The notes beneath the pieces were generated by a model. It was given only the letters and a program-made list of their open reading frames with translations. It searched no databases and was not told the DNA's origin. Shown here piece by piece: positions 21,745-32,845 of a stretch of DNA of 64,000 bases (the stretch's first letter is position 1; every line of letters starts with the position of its first letter). Location of the stretch: NCBI GenBank assembly GCA_047495785.1, contig JBLDXI010000033.1:1860001-1924000 (forward strand), read 5' to 3'. Position numbers and translations under genes: made by a program. This stretch comes from Lepidodermella squamata (taxonomy: Eukaryota; Animalia; Gastrotricha).

Positions 21745-24700
21745 TTACTTTTGTTGCGCTAATATCCGAGCCATAGTTTGGTGGTCCAGCGCCTCGCCAG
21801 GTCGCGTTCTTGACCTCGATCGCTCACGTTTCACATTAGCGCCTCGCGTGGCGCCGCCTTGCCGCCGATTATTGCCATCGGCCGTCAAAATTCCGGCATT
21901 ACCCGCGGCTAATGAAGATTTCTTCACACGCCTTTGAGGCGAAGTTGTCACGAAAACTTCGGCAGAAGACAGTTTACTCAAAATATCATCCAGCTCGCCG
22001 ACCTAAAAAGCGAAAAATTAATAAATATTGATAAAATTAATAAAAAAAATTAAATTAAATTGATTCAATTTTGAATTATTGAAATTTACAAAAAAATTGC
22101 AAAAAATTACCTTATCATCTTTCGTGTCTTTAATGTTGATCATGTAACCAGAATTTCCAGTATTGCGACCCGCTGAAACAGCTTGGCTACTTCTGACGTC
22201 ATTTTTCGTCCGCCGCTCAGCGTATTCGCTCGTCCGCTGGCGTTCACGCTCCAGCTTGTCCTTTTTCGCGGCTAAATCATTCTGGGCATTTCTGAATTTG
22301 TCGACGAAAGTCGCCAAATCTTGAAAAAATTGCAACACAGAATAGTCTTTTTGCTTGTTGAACGCGAAGTAAATGGATATCTGCGTGAAGGCCGTGGTCA
22401 TTTTCTCCTGCATGACCTTCAAAATCGACAGCTGATCTCGAGCAGCCGCCGCAAAAGGCGTCATAACCACAACAAATCGATCTCGAGGATCAGAGGACCT
22501 GGCTGTTTTCAGGCTATTTTCGATTCTAGTCAGCTGGCTCTCGGCCGCGTTGATTTGTTTAGCGATTTCCTGACCATTTACCCGCTTAGCTCGTTCTAAG
22601 CTGAGTAGATCCTGCGGGAATGACGCGCTGTCTGGACTGTATTTTTCTAGGGTTTCGACCAGAAAATGTAGGAATGTCTCCTCGCCGTTTGTCTTGACTT
22701 CATCAAGCTGAAAAATAAGGAAAATTAAATTGTTTAACTATTGAATTTGAAGAATGCTGCTTACCCGAGGTAAAAAACTCATCTGAAAGCCGAAAACCAG
22801 GTTATTGTAACTGGAGTTGAGAATATTGCCCGCGCATAATATAGTTCGAAGTGTTTCGCGGAAACGTTTGCTGTTGATGACATCGCCGCATGCAGCAGTC
22901 GCAGCCGTAATATCGCCGCGAAGTTCTTGGAACATCTCCGGGAAGTGGAATTTGAAGATTGTCGCGTCGATTCGTTCGCGAGCCTAATAAAATCAAATTT
23001 GAGGCATGGCATTGAATTGAAAGCAGCAAGGAAAAATAATATTTTTTCGAGATCCTTTAATAATGAGTAAATTTTACAAGAATTATTAATTAATATAAAA
23101 TTTTAGATTTAGCAATTATCGAGCCTGAATCAATAATTATTAGTTATTTTAAAGTTTTTTGAATCATTGGCATCGAACTGAAACTTCAGGCCAAGCTACC
23201 GGTTCAAACTTTAGTTAAGCCCAAAGCTCCGTATTCCAGTTTCCACGGAAAAATTAAGAAAAAAAAGCGAAAATGTTCTCAAACTAAGGATTTTTCACAG
23301 GCTCGCAGTGAAAAGCGAATGTGTGGAAAAAGTTTGCAGTCAACAAATGAGTTTCAAACTTCTGATTTTAAGACGGCAGGCTGGACTGATTTTTGTGCTC
23401 ATAATGGAAAAGCTTGCTCTTTGCTGAACACCTCATCTAAGATATACTCTTATTACCAAGATTACCAATCTTGCGCTGAAATGGTTTTGAATGCTCAGTG
23501 CATCTGTACGACTTGGTGTTGGAAACATTTGGTAACAACTGTCCGAAATGGTAAACTTTCTTCGCAAAAATTGAGGCAATTCGAAAGGAATTCGAAAAGC
23601 AGAAGTCTCAGGAGTTTTTGGATCAAAGCTCGAGTACAGAGTAATTCCAATGTCTTTGAGAAAAAGCTATGTGAGTTATCTGGCATCGTTTCTAGTACAT
23701 AGAACGTCTGTTTTCAGCTTACGGCTTCGTGTGGACCAAAATCCGCAATCGCATCTCGATAAGGTCTACAGCTTTCAAATTAGTCAACGACGACCACGAG
23801 ACGGAATTTTACCCAAAAGCGAAAAGGGCACGATTCTTAGATCCACCGCAAGATGATAATTTAGAGTCAGTGCCAAGTGAACACCCTAATTTTAGGGTTT
23901 CAGCACTAAATTTGAGATCGCGTTTTATTGTCACTCTCCCATTCTTTATAACGCCGACGTCGAGTTTCTTGGAAATTTCCAACTAATGTTGTTGGTACTT
24001 GTGGAGTGGATTCGTTGCAAACGAAATTTCATCACCTCGTCCATTATAATGCTACTCAGGTCATCGAGTATGGACCTCTGCAATTTCATGCCAATTTCAA
24101 ATTCGAGCGAGCTCTTGCCAGATTCAAATCCCACGTTAAAGGTTTAAATAATCCTGCGAAGCAAGTGACTGTTGTGTTCAAGTTGTAATTTTTTTCAACT
24201 TTGAAAGTAAGCTGACCGCCTCTACGGCTTATTCTCCTCGTTTAGTCGATTTGCTTGCTGGGGGCTTGAATGTTGTAACAACTCGGAGTTTTCCGCATAT
24301 CGTTGATTGCTTCACCTCCCTTTGGCGACGCAGACTGTTTTAGATGACAGACCCGACGTTTTCGACACGAAGCTAACTCAACTACTCGAACAACTCGTAG
24401 CTTTAAACGCCAGCAATCAAGCAGTAATTCGAGAACAAGGAGAAGCAATACAAAAACCGATCGCCGAAAACGAATCGAAAACATCTCGTGATTTCGCTGC
24501 TTTCAATCCATCCGTCGAACTATGGGACGATTACAAGGAGCGATTCGATACATATACCCGAGCCCATGGCAAAACAAATACAAAAAAAGCAGCCTATTTT
24601 CTTTCATGTCAATCCAATGGGTGTTGAAACTAGCCTTATTGACGCGATTAAGAGTCTATATAAAGTAAATAAAGTTGCGGTAAAAGTTAAAAGTGGATTC

Positions 24701-27700
24701 TGAGGTCTCCGATTTTTTCTATGTAACTAGGGGTCTAAGGCAAGGCTGCCCGCTGTCCCCTCTGCTTTTCATTGCTACTTTTAACAAAATTTGCGAAAAA
24801 TTATACGACACAAAATTTGGTTTCCCTATGAACAACGGTGATTATCTAAATTTATTAGCTTTCGCCGATGATGGAACTCTCCTAGGCATGAACCATGACG
24901 AAATTAAGCGCCTTCTAGAAATTTTTGACATGGCATGCGAAGAATTAGGATTGAAAATTAACGTGGCAAAAACTCAATACATGATCATTTCCAGGGACGA
25001 TGCTGCAGAAAGAAATTATGAACTAGAGCTGCGCGGATCGAAACTGGAAAAGGTTTCCAAATTCAAATACTTAGGTAGCATTATAACCAGCGACGGTCGC
25101 ATTGACGAAGAATTAAATTATAGAATTTCAAAGGCTGGCAGCGTATTTGGTGCGATGAATAAATTCATGTGCAGTAGGAATCATGTGTCATCACAAACCA
25201 AATTGAAAGTACTCACTTGCGTCATCGTACCTACCATCATCTACGCCTGCGAATCCTGGAATATTTCTTTAAGCCAGGAAAATAGGTTGAATGTTATAGA
25301 ATATCGTTGGCTACGAGCGATTTTAGGTATACACCTGATGGATTATATTCCTAACATTGACATTAGATTGGCATTGTGCGGAGGTCTGATCGAAGTCAGC
25401 CGCATCATTGAAAAACAGCGTTTAAGATATCTAGGACACATCATTAGATCTCGTGATTACGATGAGGACGGCCTTCTGAACTTGATTTATACGTGGACAC
25501 CTCCGTTCGGGTGGTTCGCACCGAGAGGCAGACCTCAAACTAGGTGGATAAACGGCATAAACAGAAGTCTACACAAGGTTGGCATTGTTAAGGAAGTTCG
25601 CCGGAAGAAAAGACAACCCAAAAATCAGAAAGGCAAAAAGCCAGCTAAAAATAAAAAATCCGGCGAAAAAGAAAATAAATTTGAAATTAAAATTATTCCT
25701 GATCTGCAATTGACTGAATTACTATCTTTTGATAAAATCGAATGGCGCAACATTGTTGACTCAATGAATGATTATGAATTTTTTGGAAAAAGTAGAATCT
25801 TCAACTGTGGGGGTGGGTGATTTCCATCTTTCGCCTGCCTTCGCCCTCCTCAAAACCGTTTTTACGGTATAGATGCTTAATCGAGAGGAGGACTAAATAA
25901 AACCATTATTATTATTATTATTATTCAATCCGACGTGATCTACAAAGAGATGGAATATTCATCTAGGATCTAGGCTAAGTATTTCAAACTCCAAAATATA
26001 AGATAGTGCGATGGCTCACGTAAAAATGGTCGTTATAAATGGATAAAATATTTGTGAGTAAATGAATTACCGGTGGTAGCGTTATTTGGCCGAGAGCAAC
26101 TAGAAACTCCTCCTCGTCGAGAAGCTCCTGCTCTTTCCGAATTTCCGCCAACTCTTTCATCGCCTTGTTGATTTCCTCCATTCGATCAGCCGGTAAACAG
26201 CGCATAATGCTATCGGCAGCATCGACGTTGATCACCTGCTCGTCGTGGCGCAGAATCGCCGAACATATCTCATTAGCTGACAGCTTCAAGTGATGAAGCG
26301 CGATGCCGATTGATTTCGCCATTTTAGCGTCAATGACATGCATTTTCAGCTTTTGCTTTTTCAACGTCATAGTGTCAGTGCTAGGCGTGTCGGCCACGTC
26401 GATTTGTTTCAACAAGAACGTGTTCTCGATTTGCTTGATGAAGCTGTCACTCGCCAACAGCTCTTCGTTGGCCGTAACCCAGAAAGATTCCTTCTCCAAA
26501 TCGGTCGGTAATACCTTCGGCCAGTTGATGCGCTTCAGCTTCGCCGTTTTCACCGGCTTTTTCGGCTTCAAGCCGTGAGGCAGTGACGGGGGCGGCGGAG
26601 GACCGGCGCCTGGCGGTGGAGGCGGGCCAGGTGGACCTTTTCCGCCGGGTGGGGGCGGCGGAGGAGGTGGCGGTGCACCTATCACAAAAAGGTTTCATTT
26701 ATTCAAAATCTCAGGTTTGGGACTGGAAATTTGTTAACATACCTCCTGGAGGCGGTGGCGGAGGCGGGGGCGGGGGAGCGCCACCTGAAAAATACCAAAA
26801 TAAATGATCGAAACAGAGTTGTAATTCCAAAGCTTTCTCATTGCAATAAATTCCACTCCAAAAAGCGCAAAGCAATTTATAAATTCAGTGGCTTCTCGAC
26901 ATAGCAAAGAATAGACATTTTCTACTTCGGATTGTTTCAAACAAATCCTCATCGTAGCATTAAATTGATCCCATAAATTGAAAAATTCAACATTTGTTCC
27001 CTTGTTGGAAACTTGTAGGTTATGATGTAAAACTTAAAACCTAGTCGTACAGATTCTGTGTCCGGTCTATCTACGAATTTTTGGTTTTTCAGATTTCGGG
27101 TCTGTATATTTCGGTGTTTTATTCCGTTATTTATTTGCATAAACACCGAATTCACGGACCAAACCGAAACTTAGAAGATAATATACAATACGTACTTATA
27201 CCAATCGAAAAACTTCGAGTAACAAAGCCCCCCGCACTACTTGGTAATCGCTTCGAATGATGATCAAATGAATTGGTTTATCTTAAAAGTTCTGCAGCTC
27301 CACGCTTTGTTCGAACAACGCATGGCCGCTATTAATTTACCAACCAAAATCGACTGTACGAGTAGCCAAATTTCAAAACTATTAAACTGTGGTATGGTGA
27401 AGTGATCCAAATTTGCAAAGAAAATGTTGACGCAGTTTTTGAATTTATGGAAAATTGTGAGATTTTCCAAAATTTCCTTTTGGGGCCATTCAGTTCGAGG
27501 GTCAAGACACCCTACTGGCTAAAGAATGGCCTCCCACAAGCTTCGGCCTTCGATAAATTTCACGTCAAAAGTCAGTCTTTTGCAAATTTGGGGCACTTCA
27601 CCCTATTTTCGAATAATTCTGCAAAATCACGATTTAGAATTCTGTTTGTGCGAATTTCCCTGATCAAAAATTGGTTCGGCTAACTGAAATCCATAGTTTT

Positions 27701-29556
27701 ACATTTTTTTATCAATATTTCAATATTTTTGGTATATTTATGGAGTGCCTTTTGAAATGAGAAACATAAATCAAGCCAGCTTATTATAAGAGTAGGTGAC
27801 TATCTACCTGGAAGAGGCGGAGGAGGGGGAGGGGGTGGAGGTGGAGGAGCACCTACGAAAGATAAGAAGAAAAAAATATATGAAAAAAATATTGAGGAAA
27901 GCGGAAGTTATTATCAAATATTTGCAAACCTCCGGGAATCGGCGGCGGTGGAGGGGGTGGAGGTCCGGTGGCTTTTGCTCCGGATTTAGCAGCCTGTTCC
28001 AATCTAGCCTCCAACTCTTGCTTCTCAGCCAGGGTTCTTTCGTATTTCTCCTTCAACTCCGCATACTCTTTCGACTCAGTAACACGAGTCGAGACCTCAG
28101 AAAGCCGTTTAACAACATTATCCAACACCTCATTCACCTTAATATCAAGCCGCTTCAGAGAAAAATCCGGGTCAAAACCGTCGCGTTGAATGACCAGTTG
28201 CGAAATGACTTGCTCGATCAGCGTCATATATTCGAGTCTAACGTCCGGATCTTCGCGCACAAACAACAGGCTTTGAACTATAGAAAATACGATTTCTTCC
28301 GACGGCGTTCCAGCGACTGATTTTATTAGATAATCCACCGCTTTTGTTATATCATCGAAATCGAACGAACCAGCCAGTTCGAGGCGACTAGTCAATTCTT
28401 CGATATCGTTATCCCGCATTTGGGCAAACGCATCGATTTGACTCTTCAGCTTTTGAAACTCGAGCGTTGACGATTGATTTATGGTTAAAAACAGTTTTTT
28501 CAAGCCACATCGCCCCAGCTCACGGCGTAGGTGAATTCGAAAATTCAAGTTTTGACCAGTTTGAGTTAGCATGGTGTTGATGAACATCATCGTAGCGGTT
28601 TTCAACTCGAGCAGTTGCTGAGTTTCCTCCTTAGGCGTCCATAACATGACATCGACTAGCGGTTTCAAGCGAGGGGTATTATGCGAATCGCCGCAAATTG
28701 TCAGCGCTTTCAACACCTTTTTATGCGTATCCGAGTTTACGATGGTAAAAACGGCTAGGAGGCGGAAAACTTCGGCGAGCAGCCCCATCAAACAATCAGC
28801 AGATTCGGTTTGATTCGTAAACTGTTGCCGAATGTCGAGAAAATGAAGGCAATTCGCCAGGAGGAAAATCGCCTCCTTATTCTCGGTCAACACGCAAATA
28901 CCGTATTTACTGTTCGAAAACGACCTGATACATTTGATGGCCTCGTAAACGCCAACAGCATCCTTGTCTAATACCGCGTTGTTCAAAACATCGAGGAGTA
29001 GGGTTAGACCAGTCCTTGCTCCGAACTCTTTAACCCACGATAACGGCTGGGTTGTCAACAAAATTCGAACTTCTGACAGCACTTTTCGACGAAAAGCACT
29101 GGTTTTACTACTGGCGAGATTCCCAGCGATGTTGCCTTGGTCCCTTGGGCAGAGGGACCGTAACGCTTCGATGAGGTAAGGATCGTTAGCCAGGTCGATA
29201 TCGGTGTTACCCCGCATCGCAGTTTTGCCGTGCATGGTCAGTAACAACCGGCGTTTTTGCATGTCAAACGTTTTCTGCTTCTCCTCAGGCACGTTCATGT
29301 CCTGTAGCATTTGGTCGCTGAGCTTCATGACTTCATCATCGCTCAGCTTTTCGATGGTTTCTGCAGACACGCCGCTTGAACTTGACGAGAAAGCCGACCC
29401 GGTCGGTGACATGATGTTAGGTGGCGGGACTGACGTAGCGCTGGCTGAGGTTTGGACGGCCGGGGTCGGCGAGGCGGCTAGCGAGCCTGAACTGCCGCCG
29501 GCGTGGAACAACTGAGATAGGAAGTTGTTTTTCTTTTTCTTCTTCGAGCCATCCAT
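21745..29556 (-). CDS. dia: Diaphanous-related formin (GBD-FH3-FH1-FH2-DAD), exons 29556-27930, 27852-27808, 26784-26743, 26678-26071, 22983-22765, 22707-22111, 22002-21745
   Basis: LTTQPLSWVKEFG, FRIHLRRE, DGFDPDF, polyproline FH1, KLKRINW.K..FW, ILCAGNILN, DAD-like LDDILSKL followed by a basic patch; all junctions GT-AG and in frame. Confidence 0.95.
23480..24190 (+). mobile_element. Degraded CACTA/EnSpm-like transposase fragment in the formin intron
   Basis: KFHHLVHY...IEYGPL....FKFER.L..FKSHVKGLNNPAKQV matches the C-terminal motif of animal EnSpm transposases; frames are broken; 5' boundary uncertain. Confidence 0.6.
24323..24615 (+). mobile_element. Ty3/gypsy remnant: PBS-like TGGCGACG plus gag N-terminus (resumes briefly after 25931)
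   Basis: FNPSVELWDDYKERFDTY.....KKAAYFLSCQS|DVIYK is typical of Mag-like gypsy gag; interrupted by the LINE. Confidence 0.75.
24616..25924 (+). mobile_element. 5'-truncated RTE-clade LINE (RT C-terminal part)
   Basis: GLRQGCPLSPLLF, FADD, GLKINVAKT, FKYLGS, RLRYLGHIIR, RGRPQTRW; AATAAA then (ATT)n tail; 7-bp TSD TCAATCC at 24609-15 and 25925-31. Confidence 0.95.
27395..27603. mobile_element. Degenerate small MITE, TA TSD, in a formin FH1 intron
   Basis: Imperfect inverted ends GGTGAAGTG(at/cc)CCAAATTTGCAAA; TA on both flanks. Confidence 0.65.
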
Positions 29557-31578
29557 TAGCAGGAGGTCTCGTTTTTGAGAACAATTTTTATAATGTAATA
29601 AATAAACTAGTTGAAAAATGTGGAAACGTAGAACTTAGAGAACTACATGTTTATGAGCTATTTATGAGCCTGCAGGTAGATATTACGCTCAAGCGGAGAA
29701 AATGTAGTACTATTTGCTATGCAAAAAATAACATCAGTCTGCAGTGTCCAAAAGAGCGCATGTGCACGCATCGTAGGAATGTTAATCAGATAAATGTGGT
29801 CTATGTTAGGCAGAAACCAACAGCAGTATCGCCATGGTAAAAGAGAATATTGGCAGTTTAAAAACATGAAAAATACTGTTTGGAAAAGGAAATCATTAAA
29901 ACCATAAGTCAGCCTTAAAAAGTATGTTTCAATCAATTTTAAGCAGGGTTTACAAATTGATGATAGGCCTTGTGTACAGAAATTTCCGCAAAACTTCATC
30001 GTAATTTTCTCCATTTCTGATGATTGATCATAAAATCCCCGAACGTCATGTTAATTTTTCGAAATTTTGCTTTCCTTTCGGGACATTTTTATTGCAAATT
30101 ATTTTGATTTTTTTGAACTTTGAAAGCATAACACCTTGAGGATCATTTAAAAATGAATTGGAAATTCAATTCAGCAGAATTTATAAACTAGTAACTAGTA
30201 ATTTTCCTGTCTATTTTTGGACGTAAGCAACAGGTTAAAAAATTAATAATTTTCATTGAAATTAATAGCCATATTGCGCCTCAAGTCAATCCCTTTAAAA
30301 TGTCGTTTAATTAAGTTATTGCATATCAATAAATCAAAAGCATTTCAAACTTGAATAATTAGTTGCTACCCCGCATTATACAAAATAATTGTTTCCCAAC
30401 AGACAATAAAATCGATAAAATCGGCTTAATTAATAGAATTTTTAAATTACTACGGGGTAAGGAAGACGCCTGCATGTCTCTAGTGTCTCGGCATTATAAA
30501 ACGGCATTACAAAGCATCCTGTTGAGTCGTTTTAGAAGTTACTCTCAGCCTATTTGTATTTCGCAGCAGCAAATAAAATTTAAAGGAGCGTGCTTTCACG
30601 CGGACCTCCCACCTTAATAACGCGGTTATTTCATCAGGCAGTAGCCGCTGCCTCATTAGTAAACACAAGAAATGCATGAGATCGTCAAGTTTGGTCGCGC
30701 CTTTTGATGAGCTAACGTGTGCTAGAAAACAGGAACAGCGGTGAAAAGCAGCAAGCAGAGTCCTGCAAATTTGTTGCATTATGTTAATCAGCAAGATGTT
30801 GGCTATATACCTGAGGTTAGTAACTCTCGTGTTTAAAGAGCTATTTTGAGTGAAATACAGCTCACTACCTTCCCACGTCGCAACGTGTGTACCAACCAAC
30901 TGACCAGCTCGAGCCGCCACTTTTCACCACTTGAGCACCAAAAACCAACAACAACAACATCACGAGTGCTTAAAATACATATCGACTAAAAATGAAAACA
31001 AAAATTCAGCAATAATTTTATTATTTTTCATGTCCTTTCTTTCAACCACAAAATCGCTTCATGCAACAACGAAACGAGCTTTACATATTATGTATAAACT
31101 ACACGGAAAATCTCCATAAATCATATTTAATATGGTCGCATTTCAACATTAAGTAAAGCCAATTAACTTGTAAAAAAACGAGTGCAAAGGAAAATTTAAT
31201 TGGTAGCCACCCTACGGAACAGGTAAAGGAGAGGATAATACGTTAAACAAAAGAATAAACACTGGGAGGAATATTTTTTCAAGCAAGTATATGCAAAACG
31301 ATTGAGTGATTGCAATTTCATTGAGTGCACCGAATAAAGCTACGCTAATTGCACATCGAGGTCGAAGTAGCATCGGCACAATTTAACACTTCGTTACCAC
31401 CGCAGACACTTTTATTCAGTTCAATTTTGAAGATTAGAGAAGCATCATTAAAGCAGTGATTTCAACAACACTGGTGAGCGAGAGAATGAAAAGAATGCAT
31501 TTCTTTGAACCGAACTTATGTTCAATTATATCATTTTATTGAAAGACCTTGAAGGAAAAACGCTTCAAAATGACTAGA

Positions 31579-32787
31579 TCACAACTGCACGGTCGGCTTG
31601 CCGAAAACAGCTTGGTAAACCTCTTCCTCGGTGAATTCAACCACCACCCGGGTGTAGGTAGGTAGATCTTCTCGCTTGACCAGCTTGTACTTTAGCGAAT
31701 TCAGCCCATCCGTGTGCATTCTTTGTACAGTTTTCCGCAATAAAGCCATTCGATTTTCATTGGCAGCGTTTTCCTTTTCATGTTCATGCTTGAACATTTT
31801 GTACCGTAAAATCTCCTTCTCGTAACGCATAATCGGCAGTTTTAGGTGGACGAGACGGTCGTGGAAATCATCGTCTTCCCCACCCCAGCCGAAAAATACG
31901 TTGGAGTAACCGTTTATCAGCTCGAAGTGTTGTTTTGGGACAGCAGAAGCGCCGCCGAAAATCGCGGCATACGGGATTTTATAGTCGAAAACGTTGATAT
32001 ATCCGCTAAGGTGAATAGATTTGTCACTGCAGGTGTAAATTCCTCGGTCATCTTCTGGCAAGAGGTCGACGTCATGGAAAATGTAGCACTGAAACTGACG
32101 GCCGTTATCCAAGAGCTTTAGCGATTCCTTGTAACCAATATTCATCAGCATCGCTCGATTGAACTTATTCGTCCCCGCCTGGTCGACAATGATAATGACG
32201 TATTCCAGTAGCTGGCGTTGTAAAATTGGATGCATGTGGTGTAAAAAGCCGCGTAATTGGCCTTCGCGGTTACGATAAGGCACTATTATCGCAGTTGGGC
32301 CGTTCCGAGGGTTGCAATCTGGCGGTCGGTACCGCCCACCTGGTTTGAGCAAAGGGTTCTCTTTCGCTATTTCATCAAAGGTCGGTTGCTCAAAATTGAC
32401 AGCCAGTGCGCCGACCAATTTCGGTGGCGATTCAGGGCACATCGGTAATTCTTCCACAGATACAGTTGTTACAGGTAAAGAAGACGTTGTCTCATAATTC
32501 TTCGTAGTATTAATGATTTCAGCAGCTTTTGTGATTAGTTCAGACGATTTCTCTTGAAAAACCGGTGCTATGGTGATTACTGGCCCAGATGTTCTAAGCC
32601 GAACAGTACTTGGGACTTCGCTCCATTCGTCCGTAAAGCTTTGCCGCAAAAATGCGACAGACGCTTCGTTGAACCAACTAGACCAGTTTACGAAGAAAAG
32701 CACCCAGATAATCGCAATAATAACCGTAGCAGCTAATCCAGTTCTTAATAGATAAAATGTGCCTCCAAATTTACCGGTCACTTGCAT
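31579..32787 (-). CDS. GT7 beta-1,4-N-acetylgalactosaminyltransferase (bre-4 / beta4GalNAcTA-like), single exon, type II membrane
   Basis: N-terminal TM; IIVPYRNR, FNRAMLMN, FHDVD, PYAAIFGG, FGWGGEDDD; Ile at the donor-specificity position (Tyr289 of bovine beta4GalT1). Confidence 0.92.
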   Translation of the reverse strand: MQVTGKFGGTFYLLRTGLAATVIIAIIWVLFFVNWSSWFNEASVAFLRQSFTDEWSEVPSTVRLRTSGPVITIAPVFQEKSSELITKAAEIINTTKNYETTSSLPVTTVSVEELPMCPESPPKLVGALAVNFEQPTFDEIAKENPLLKPGGRYRPPDCNPRNGPTAIIVPYRNREGQLRGFLHHMHPILQRQLLEYVIIIVDQAGTNKFNRAMLMNIGYKESLKLLDNGRQFQCYIFHDVDLLPEDDRGIYTCSDKSIHLSGYINVFDYKIPYAAIFGGASAVPKQHFELINGYSNVFFGWGGEDDDFHDRLVHLKLPIMRYEKEILRYKMFKHEHEKENAANENRMALLRKTVQRMHTDGLNSLKYKLVKREDLPTYTRVVVEFTEEEVYQAVFGKPTVQL

Positions 32788-32845
32788 TAAAGTAAAATTA
32801 TCTATAAAACGAAAAAACGTGGCAATGAGTAAAATGATGGAAAGT

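Noticed and set aside
29557-31578. Formin as a third member of the GCAT-like/GalNAcT unit
   Set aside because: The gap is 2 kb with AATAAA signals and a candidate UTR donor (CTCAG|GTAT at ~30811), consistent with its own promoter
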